Positions 53,452 through 64,000 of a DNA stretch of 64,000 bases are shown piece by piece. Position 1 is the first letter of the stretch. Each line of letters begins with the position of its first letter. This stretch comes from Parasitella parasitica NRRL 2501 (Eukaryota; Fungi; Mucoromycota). Under the pieces are notes generated by a model. That model was not told the DNA's origin. It worked only from the letters and a program-made list of their open reading frames with translations, and ran no database searches. The DNA lies in NCBI GenBank assembly GCA_025201805.1, contig MU619284.1:117065-181064 (forward strand), in the 5' to 3' direction. The translations under genes and the position numbers were made by a program.

Positions 53452-53625
53452 ATGGATTTATTGTGTAAAGATACAGAAAAAATGAATATTATCGAGAGAA
53501 TGCTTTATATACATTACATTTCAAAGAATTTCAATTCATACTAGCAATAACAACAACAATAACAACATATTTTGACAACACTCTATGCTAATAGCAATTT
53601 TAGAAAACAAATATGGTTTCATTTT

Positions 53626-54758
53626 TTATTCGGTAGCCATCAGCAGCTTGATCTTTGCAATAGCAGCACCAGGCTGAAGACCCTTTGGACATGTCTTTGA
53701 GCAATTCATAATTGTATGGCAACGGTATAACGCCATCTTGTTTTGAAGCTTCTCTCTACGCTCAGGGCCAAACTGATCACGAGAATCGATCATCCAACGA
53801 TACGATTGCATCAATACAGCAGGACCAAGGTACTCTTCTTGATTCCACCAGTAAGATGGGCATGAAGTTGAGCAACAGGCACACAAAATACACTCATACA
53901 ATCCATCAAGCTTCTTTCTGTCCTCTATCGACTGCAAATTTTCTTTTCCATTTGTGGGGGGATTCTTTTGCTTTAGATACGGCTCGATGCTCTTGTATTG
54001 CTTGTAAAAATGACTTAAATCGGGCACCAAATCCTTGACAATGTTCACTAAAAACAGGCAAGAGAAGCGTCAATCAACCAATCTCAAGTCCTTGCTTATT
54101 CATAACCCTCCAACACATAAGCAAAGAGCAGCATTACAACATACTCTCTCTCCCGATCCGGTCCGACCCTTGTGTTCCCATATGCCATTACTTACTGTGG
54201 GGTAGAGGATAGATCTTAAGAGACTTGCTTACGTCCTTGTTGATTTTGGAAATACAGGCTAACGTATTACCGCCTTCAATGTTCATAGCGCATGAGCCGC
54301 AGATGCCTTCGCGGCAAGAACGACGGAAAGTCAAGGTGGAATCCTGTTCGTTTTTGATCTTGATAAGTGCATCTAAAACCATAGGTCCACAAGCATTCAA
54401 GTCGACTTTATATTTTTTGAGAACTGGCTTTTCTGTAGGCTTATCAGGATTCTGCAGTTGTGATTAGAATGCGCACAGCAGCTCCCTTTTTTTTTGCATG
54501 CGTCTAATGCATTACTTACCCAGCGATAAATCTCGAAGGTCTTGAAATTGGGTTCTTTTTTGACAAAGTCTGTAGCAGCAGGTTCGGCAGCAGATGCCAT
54601 ATATGATACAGTGTTTGTCTGCAGATTGCGAACAAGGGGCTATTCCACTGTGAGAGACTGTAGTTTATAAAATTACATTTCTCATAACTTACATTCAGTG
54701 CGCCAACATAGCGTTGAGGACGAATTGCAATTGCTTTAGCGGTTAAATATAACGACAT
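53626..54758 (-). CDS. SDH2: Succinate dehydrogenase iron-sulfur subunit, 4 exons
   Basis: [37 protein letters not shown]; basic mitochondrial presequence. Confidence 0.97.
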
Positions 54759-54947
54759 TCTATGCAAAAAGGAAAAAGAGTGGGGGGCGATTAAGAAAAC
54801 AGGTAAACAGGAAGAAAAACGAAAAACAAAACAAACAAACATGTCTTGTACAGAAAAGCTAACCCGGAAATCAATATTAGCGTGACAGCAACCAGCAGAA
54901 GCTTTATTTCAAATGTGTAATGCAAATTGCAATCTTTCGGCTAAAGG

Positions 54948-55382
54948 TTATTTACTCAACAAGTAACCGCGAATAACATCGCTAAGAATAGCAAAATTGA
55001 CAGGCTTTGATATATAGGTAGAGAACCCACACTCCAAGCATTTGGCGGCAACATCGCTCATAACGTTGGCAGACAGGGCAACGATGGGCTTGGGCTTTTC
55101 GTCTGCTGCGAGATGCTGCTTTTCCCATTCCCGGATTTCACGTGTAGTTTCATAGCCATCTGAAATTTGGTCAAGTTACACGATTACACAAAAGATTAGA
55201 TATAACTTACCTTTAACGGGCATAAATAGGTCGCATAGAATCAGGCAATAGTAGTCTTTGGGATGTTTATGGAACAATTCAATGCACTCCCCGCCATGAA
55301 CCGCTACATCTACACTAAGTCCAACTCGCAACAAATACCGGGTCAGTACCTTTTGGTTCACCAGATTATCTATTTAGAAGCA

Positions 55383-55420
<38 letters not shown>

Positions 55421-58400
55421 TGTGCGTGAGTGAGTGAGTGAAAAAGCTGTAATTATCGAGCAGTTATTACCTTCGACCAACAAGATACGGAATCCTTTGC
55501 CTCCGACATCGGCAGCCATGCGTCGAAATATTTCCTTTTGCGTAGCAGCTCTTCTGTAAGGCGTGTCGGGAGTCGACACTACACTACTGTTAGGACCATA
55601 GGTACCGTCTGAACGGATGCTATTCTTTATCTCTTGCTGCCGTACACCAAAATACCACCTTAGCTTGGTTCTTTTGAGCGGCTTGAAGACAAATCCACAG
55701 GTGTTTGGAATCACTTGATCTTCGCGTCCTTTTGCACCCTCTGTGATCAACGAGCGTTGCATAGGTGTTGTTACTACCAACACGTTGGCATTCTGCTGCT
55801 GCAGTGATCCACAGATTGCTCGTGTCAAGGACAGGATCTGCTGCTCTGAGGGTAGATTGATCATGATGTAATCGTAGGCAGGTGTGTGAGGATCTATAAG
55901 CAGTTCAGTAGCTTCAATTTGGTTTGTTAATGTTTTGACTTGGTAGTAGCCGGCGTTTGGGTTGGCGATGGAGGTGCATTCATTGTTCACAATACTGCCC
56001 AGTATCGATTTGACGTGCTTCTCCATGGATTCACGAGAATGCTCCCACTGAGATACGATCAAAGCTCTTAGCGGTGACAAATTAGTAGGAGTACGAGGCG
56101 GTAAAACCACAGGCGATGTAGAAAGACTACCAGGTCTTGTGCCGATGGTGGGGATACGAGGCTCACAGGGTTTGAGCTTGTCTGTAGCCGCGTTGTCTGC
56201 GGCAATTAGAGACAAAGTGGGACCCTTCTCAAACGCACAGCTTTCCACGAGCGTCGATGATGGGCCGGAAGAGGTGGGCAAGGTAGAAAGCATCATTTTA
56301 TTACCAAGATTCGTTGCTACAGTCGCTGCTGCTGCAACAGCTGCAGCGGCGGCAGCAGTGGAAGTCATATTACTGTTGCGCACAGGTGGTGGTTTCAGTT
56401 GCATGGAAGCTGCTTTTGTCATCAAGACATCTTGCAAGATATCAGCAGGCGACGAAGAGGATTCATGAGTGGTTTGGCTATGCTTCTCTAAAGATGCCGT
56501 GACAGAGGGTATACTAGAATGCTGTTGCCGATCTTGCGAGATGTTGTTTTTATTTACAAACGGCAATGGCGAAAGATGCTTGTCGTCGGTGGATGATTCT
56601 ATAATAGCTTGAGCTGTATTATTATTTTCGTATCCATTGGAGCGAAAGAAAGGATCACTAGCGCTATCGTTTTGAGGTGTTTGAGGTAAAGGCTTGGTGT
56701 GCGATGTGGGGATACCAAATTTGACAGTAAAGAAAAAGGTGGACCCCTTGCCCTTTTCACTGCGACACTTCATGACACCGCCGTGAAGCTCAATCAGCTG
56801 GCGAGAAATGACGAGTCCAAGACCACTACCCCCGTGTTTTCTCGTACTCGAACTATCCACTTGAGAAAATGGCTTAAACATGACAGATTCTTCCATAGCG
56901 TCAAATCCAGCACCAGTATCAACCACCTCGAAAAGCAGAGTCAATTCAGACTCGTCTGTATCGCATTTTTGCACTGTGCATTTAGTGAACACTTCTCCTT
57001 CGGCTGTGAATTTGATAGCATTGCCAATGAGGTTCAGCATGACTTGTCTAAGACGAACACGATCGCCAACTACCACATCAGGCACATTGTCATCAACCCA
57101 GAAGCTCAACTCGAGGTCCTTTTGAATGGCCAACGTAGATAGCAGCTCGTTGGCATCTTCAATCATAGTGACCAAACTGAACGGCTCCCATTCTAATTTC
57201 ATCATGCCTGCTTCCACTTTGCTCAGATCTAGAATGTCGTTAATGACCACCAAAAGAGATTCAGCCGATTGCTGGATGGTGTGCACGTAATCCATCTGTT
57301 CTGCTGTTAGCTCAGTGTCGAGCAAAAAGTTGAGCATGCCAGTAATGCCAATCAATGGCGTACGGATTTCATGCGACATATTTGACAGAAACCGAGTTTT
57401 GCTTTCTGTCGACCGCTGCGCCGCATCATGCGCTTCCTTGAGCTTCTTTTCGAGCAGCTTGTGGTCGTTAATATCGGTACAGGTGCCAAACCATCGGACA
57501 TCGCCGGTTTCGAGTTCATCGACTGAGACGCATTTCACCAGGAACCATCTATATTCGTCGTGCGCACTTAGGAGACGTATCTCACTCTGCCACGAAATGC
57601 CAGCCTTGTTGGGCAAGGCAGGTAAATCAGGAAGCTGAAGCTTAGCACGATCTTCAGGGTGCACACAAGACATGAAGCCCAGACCCATTGTTTGCTCAAA
57701 AGATTTGCCAGCATAATTGCTCCATTTTCCATTGGCATAAGTCAGACCAGCACCAGGCGAGAATGTGAACACAATCTGAGGAATAGCCTCAGCAAGTAGG
57801 CGGTACTTTCTCTCGTTGCTCTCAATCTCGACTTGGCGCAAGTTTGTTTCTTTTGCAACATGCTGGTCGTGGACGTCTGTGCAGGTACCAAACCAGTGCA
57901 TGATTCGACCCTTCAGGTCTCTCAGCGGCACAATCCTCCATAGAAAGCATCGGTAGACACCATCAAACCTTTTTAGCCGGTATTCGCCAGCAAACCCATT
58001 TCCCTGCCCATAAGCCAGCTCCCAAGCTTTCTTGCACTCGGGCTGATCGTCAGGGTGCATGTGAGATAGCCATTTTGGGCCCAAATGATCCTTTAAAGTC
58101 TTGCCGGTATACTGAAGCATTCGATTATTAACCCAGGTTACCTGTCCAGATGATGTAGAGCATGTGCTAAATTTTGGACGTTAAATAAAGAAAATGAAAG
58201 GAAAGGAAAGAAACAAAATATAACACTTACAAGACATGGATAGGTATACCATCGATGATCAAACGCAATAGGCTGGATTTAGGTGCCACCAGGAACCGAT
58301 CTACACCACTACTGCGCTGATGATTATTTGCATTAGAAGTTTGGTGGTAGTGAAACCCATCATCATCGTACTGCCTTCGACTTCCAACACTGGGTTTCCG

Positions 58401-60905
58401 CTTATATTTCGATTTTCTTTTTATCTTCTTTCTAGGTCTATAGTACACAGACCGTTGATTAGCATGAGGAGCAGGCGCCAGTGTCGCATTGTCGCTGACA
58501 GCCGTAGACATGACCTGAGATATATCGACTATTGAGTCGAAATCGTGTTGATGTATACCGCTTTCATCCGTCTCTGTCGTCTTTGCAAGTATGTCATCGT
58601 CATCTTCATCTTCATCCTCGCTGTCCAAAAATGAGTCGTTTTTAACCTTGGTCTTTTGATGCATTAGGCATTTTTTATCGCTGCACATGTTGTGGGGTGG
58701 GATGGAGGCAGAGATAGGTAAACCGGTAGTCGGAGAGACAGCGCCCCAGCCCTCCATAACAGCAACAGAAGATGGAGATAGCGACTTGAATGATCGGCTA
58801 CTAGTGGATAGTCGTCTTTCCTTGGAGCATTCCGACACTGGAGTCGCTATGGACGTTTGAGATGATTGATTTAAATGTTGATTTAAAGGTATCATTATGT
58901 CATGGTGGACGTTACTGTCGTCATTTTCATGTGTAGCATCTGCAGGAGCCGGGAATGTAGAGTCATATGAATACGGTGAAGATACATCTGCTGTAATTTG
59001 CTGAGGTTGAATGGGAGTGCATGTTGTACTTGTGTTGCCAAATGGCTCGGTCACTGTGTCCAAAGAACTTCGAGTAAAGTTCGACATGGAGCCCAAGTGA
59101 TCCGGTCGTTTCTCATTCATAAGAGCAGTAGGCGTGCTTGTTGCTGAGTCAGCCGTTTGCTGCTGTCTTTTGTAAAAATCGTCATAACTTAGCCCATTGT
59201 TCGAGTCTGAATCGTCATCGTAGTAGTCCAGTCGCTGCTTCTGTTGTGATCTGGCTGATCTCCGTCTATGGTTTTTGGGTCTATTACTTTCACTGTATGC
59301 CGACTTGTTGCTGCGTCGATTGTCATAGAACTGGCCTTGCTTCTTATGCTGAGCATTCTCGTTTGCATTTGTGAAGCTGGCAGCAATAAATGGCGATAGA
59401 GATGCAATGCTAGATAGCAGGACTGGCGGATAGGGTACGATGGGAGCCAAGAAAGATAAAATAGCAATTGGGGTAGGGTGGCTTTGCTGATTTCGAGTAT
59501 TAGTGTTGGATGCAGTAGTGTGGTTATTATAGATTGTATTTAATAAATTTGTAGATGTGCTTGTTTGAGTGGTATTAGTGTTGGTCAAGTCAATTACGTC
59601 AGAGGGATGGAATAAAGGTACATGTATGATTGAATGCACGTTCGATATAGGAGGAGGAAATGGGATCGAAACATTGTCGTAAGACTCGGGCGAAACGGGG
59701 TTGAATGCTTCATCGTCAATGTCAGGAGGCGATTGGAAAAAAGGATTGATTTCTGTGTCCATGATCGCAGGTGAAGGGGCAGGAGACTGTGACCATGGCG
59801 ACGGCTGCTGCTGCTCATATTCATCAAAATCTTGCAAAAAGGTTGTAGTTACATTAGCAGAGGGTGTATTTGAGCTGCTGGATAGCTCATTATGACTGCT
59901 GGAGTCGTGTTTGCAGCTGCCGTTATCGCCGTTATTTTCGATATTAGAGCCATCCACCAGAATCTCTGAAGACTCGTCTTTGGAGAAGCACGGCGTCGTA
60001 ATGATAGGAAGGTTCCAGTTTGATTTCATACGAGATTTGTCCCCATCCATCAACACTCTTTTGAATATTTCTAACCCTAAATCCTCGCTCCCAAACTGTC
60101 TTCCAGACGACTTTCTTCTATATTCTCGTGATAGAACAACAGGTGCATTCCGTTTCAAGATTCGAGATACGCTGGGATTGTTGATTAGTGGCTCTGGTTC
60201 TGATTCAAATGGTTGCAAACGGTCAAAACACCAAGGTACATGTCTTGGACAAGTTTCATGTACGCTGTGACTGTGCAGAAAGTAATCAAACTGTGTTTCA
60301 TCCTCTCTGGTATCGTCAGTGCCTGAATACAGATCTTCGTTGCTATTATTGTTGGCACTATCGACATGGTCTGACTCTTGGCTTATTGAGCCTGTCTTGT
60401 TGTACACTGCTTTTAGCCCCCAAGGCCCAGTAAAGGGGTCGTTTGGATCTTGAGGAACACTAAGAGCGATTCTAGTAGCATGAAATGATGTGCCTACATA
60501 CATTTCGATATGGGTTGAGCAAACGTTTGTTTTTGACATGGTATGTACTCACCAGAAAAAATCTTTACTAATGAGGCCCACCAAGCATGGATATCAATCT
60601 CACTAGTCAGCTTGAGCGATGTGTGATATAGATTGGGCGCATCAAATGAGATTACTTTATAATTGAGGGATGTTGGCTTAACAGCATTTTGGGGTAGCGA
60701 TAACTGCTTTCTCTGCTCTTGCTGCAATTGATGTCGCTTTTGTAGCTGTTTTTGCCCAGAGTATAATTGAGCATGGTATTGTGAAGTTGCTGAAGACGAT
60801 GTATCACTATCGTTTTTTTGCAGATACACACAGAATTTAGATGTTTAGTGTGTAACACTTTCGACTTGTTATTTACATTTAGATTTTTCAATGTTACCTA
60901 TTCAT
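54948..60905 (-). CDS. Hybrid sensor histidine kinase (long N-terminus, 2 PAS/PAC, HisKA, HATPase, pseudo-receiver, receiver)
   Basis: HPDD/HPED PAS motifs with WFGTCTD, FLSNMSHEIRTPL, NLIGNAIKFT, DTGAG, GGSGLGL, receiver LILCDLFMP and SKP. Start MNS/DTSS after splicing. Confidence 0.92.
55385..55440. repeat. (TG)n/(TGAG)n microsatellite in a histidine kinase intron
   Basis: About 17 TG units followed by GAGT repeats. Confidence 0.95.
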
Positions 60906-62675
60906 TTCTTCAAACTTTGGCTGTGTGTTTTCGTCAACAATATCACAATTTTACTAATAGCTAAAATACATAAAAGGAGAGAGAGAGAATGGGATGGGAA
61001 GCAAAAAATCAATAGACTAAATTTTTGTGTTGGAGCTTGAAAAAAAATGTTTAAAATGAATGAAATGAAGCTAAACCCAAATGACGTACATGATTTCAAT
61101 GACGAATATCAAAACAAATTGTTCATTCTAATAGCATACAGCGATTTGCAGGATTTCTGAAATCAACCAATCAATCGATGCAAGTGCATGCAAAGACCTT
61201 GGATTGTGATCGTTCAGGCAGAATTTGATCAAAGACGTTGCTCTCCTGTTTTTTTTTTTTTCTTTTTTTTCATCACCGACAGCCCAAAATAATCCAGCTG
61301 CTTCTCAACAACACATTTTGAGAAATGCTTTGACCAGTTTGCATGTAAGGTGATATCGCCTTTGGTTTCTAGCTTACTTTGATTGGCTACAAGGCGCTTT
61401 GTTTGCTAAGCATGAATCTAACCGAAATTGATGTTGGTCAGGCTTTGGCAAACATTAAATGTTAAATGATTACAAAAAGTAAACAACTCTTTGAATCTTT
61501 CCTTGCATTCCTTTTTTCATTTGAAAATAAACAATGCAAAGAGTTTTGCAGTAACTAATTGAAACCAGCACATTGCTTACTTGGAGGCAAGCATCAGATA
61601 GACTGTATTCTAGGAAAAAAATGAGCCGAGTTTAAGCTACAGTAAAAAAAACAATTACGGCCATTTGCATCATTACTTTTGCTTTTTGTACCACGAGTCT
61701 TCGCATCATATTGATCCGCTAAACTATCAGCTTGAGAAGGGGTGTGAATCAACTTGGTTTACATGGGATTCAACGTGTGTTGGAATGTTTACAATCTTTT
61801 GCTCCTCCATTATGCTTCATGATTCATCAGACTCCCTCGGCAAAATTTTCAAACTTTGCTTCAATATACATTGTAGACCTTCTGAGACCCTGTCTAGCTC
61901 TTTTTAACTAATGTGAAGGACATTCCATTTCAACTATACATCCTGTCATTGTAAAAGAAATGGTTATCGTCAATACCAAATTCTGTGAAAATTTTGGGGT
62001 CATCCCAATTTTCGCATGTGCCTTAAAACTTTTGACTTTTTGGGCTTTCATCACTAAAACGATCTAAAAATGCACAACAAAATGTGAGAGACAAATGACG
62101 CTATGAAAAAAAGTTATCAAAATATTAATCTTTATTTTTTTTTTTTTTTTGTTAAATAATTATTGTTCAACCATTGCATATGCATTTTTAATTTAGCCAA
62201 TTTATAAAGAGCAAAACAATTCTGCATGTGCATATTTTTTTTTTCCAGAAAACATGTCCTAGATCATTTAACTGAAACTCTTTTTCAAATTTCATTCTAA
62301 AGCTGCCACTTTATATATATTCGAAAAGATGTTTAGTCTACTATGTATCTTCTTGCTCTTTTAGCTCGTTAGTTTCATTGGTGTCATCATAAGCTTCTTC
62401 GTGGATTCCTTCAATAGTTTCTTTGTGTGTTTTTTGATTTTTAGCAAGTTGTTCATCAGCAAATGCTATCTCATCTTAAACATGATCAGAAAAGAACTTA
62501 AAAAAAAAAACCTAGTGTAACATTCAAATGATCGAAAGCTTCATACCAAACATCCAAATTTGCTTTTTCACGCGCCTTGCCCATAAAATCACACTCTTGT
62601 CATTTCTATTTACTTTTAAAGGACGGTTTAAAATTGACAGAAATAGAGACAATAGTACCGGTATAAATATTTTTT

Positions 62676-64000
62676 ATGGCTTCCTCCGCTAAAGATCACA
62701 TTGGCACCTTTAAGGGCCCGAAGCCATTTCAACAAAGCAAAAAACTATGGTCTACTGTCATTTCTGGTGGATCCAACATCAACTCGAGTGTTATGTCGGT
62801 CTCGCCAACCATCCAGCCAAACGGTGAACATGAACCCCTCACCTCCAGCGCTGCAAGTACACCTCCTGTCGATCACTTCTCGCACAAAGTTGCTCGACCT
62901 TTTTTGACAGGCACAGTGGCTCACTCTCTCATCATCGACATTACTGAAGTCTTTGACAGACAGAAGGAGTTCATTGTTGCTCTGACCCTTTATTGCGACG
63001 CTAACACCCACTTATGGGCTGTATCGGAGCACATGCGTAGAGACAATAACCGAGTTTATGCTGAAATTTCGGTTTCTCCCAGCATGTATCAACAAATTCT
63101 TGTGAACCCTGCTCTCCAACTGGAAAATTTTGATGAGCCTTTGATGGCTTATCCCACTCTTTCGCCTTCCGCCAACATTGTGAAGCTGTCATTGTCCAGG
63201 CTGCCTCCTCAATATGGTCGACAAGATGGTGGAAATCAACAACTCCGAGCTGATATGCACCATAACCTTGATCGGTTTGGACAACTGATCGACTGTGGTT
63301 ACGTTACCGGTGGTAGTGGCATCTACGCCGGTGGGGGGTATGCTGTCTTAGCTGTGGATGCCAACAAGCACGAGACTCTTCAGCACTCTTTGAACTGGGC
63401 TTACCACCCCATCGATTTCTCTTCCGGCGAAATGCTGACTGAACGGGATCATATCCTCTCCCTTGCAACATGGGCTGCCATGCCTCCTTACTGCAAGTAG
63501 TGCCATTCTATGGACCATTCTTTGATCCAATGCGCTACCCGCAAACAGAAAATCAAATGTGATCTCTGCGGTGTTGCTGGTCACTTCAAACGCTCCTGCC
63601 CTCGTCGCAATGAGGATCCTGAGAACTCTACCAAGAAGCGTAAGGTCTCCTCAGAGCAGCAGAAGCAGATGAACTCTAATTCCACATCTGCCATTACTCC
63701 CAAGACTAAGTCTAAGTCTACTGCCGCTGCTAAGAATGCGGCTGATATTGCTCAGATTGCCGATACTGCCCAGGCTGTTGCTGCTGCCAAGGCTGCTGCT
63801 GCTGCCAAGGATGCTGCTGATGCCAAGGCTGCGGCTGATGCCAAAGCTGCTGATGAGGCAAATCCTCAAACCGAGGTTAATGATTCCAACGCAGTTCCTG
63901 CTCAGACTGCTGGTGCACCTCTTCTTGCGACCGGTGACAACCGATCTTCTCCATTCAATCCACACCGTACTCGATCTACCACTGTGAACTCTCCTCCTGT
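62676..64000 (+). mobile_element. Non-LTR (LINE-like) retrotransposon ORF1/gag-like with two zinc knuckles, one in-frame stop, truncated by window end
   Basis: ...LDRFGQLIDCG...YAGGGYAVL...ATWAAMPPYCK*CHSMDHSLIQC...CDLCGVAGHFKRSC (2x CX2CX4HX4C); intronless and GC-richer than its flanks. Confidence 0.75.
63770..63860 (+). repeat. Low-complexity coding repeat (gctgctgatgccaag-like; AAAKAAADAK)
   Basis: Repeated gctgc(t/g)gatgccaa units inside the ORF1 frame. Confidence 0.8.

Noticed and set aside
61680-62480. Short acidic coding-like fragments on the minus strand upstream of the LINE
   Set aside because: Fragmentary and unassignable; probably decayed repeats.

Overview
Eukaryotic, AT-rich fungal DNA with many short (about 50-80 nt) spliceosomal introns, most consistent with a Mucorales (Mucor/Rhizopus-like) genome. 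This is inferred from intron style, an AP-4-sigma-like gene and a DiT-type DASS transporter; no database was consulted. About 22 protein genes can be reconstructed: homocitrate synthase (5' end outside the window), a secreted Cys-rich precursor missed by the ORF track, SAM50, a TEY MAP kinase, a NATD1-like GNAT, a KIN1/MARK kinase, a DASS carboxylate transporter, ketopantoate reductase, a LEA_2 membrane protein, an SRPBCC protein with one in-frame stop, V-ATPase A, CDC34, DIC1, MTR10, an NXPE/SGNH-like protein, an AP sigma subunit, an amino-acid permease, an unusual HSP20, SPS19, SEC24, SDH2 and a hybrid histidine kinase. There are also degenerate transposon remnants and a LINE-like ORF1 at the right edge. 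The strongest novelty candidate is the intronless 455-aa HSP20 at 46713-48080. Its N-terminal arm has six FFxECPYG-x6-CPYG repeats, His-rich linkers and four K-C-P-hydrophobic motifs (15 Cys-Pro dipeptides), suggesting a heme/metal/redox-responsive chaperone. Other highlights: a two-module Kex2-type secreted disulfide-peptide precursor, a 3-nt micro-exon encoding a conserved Trp, and an intron sitting at the yeast VMA1 intein homing site. All exon structures were read by eye.
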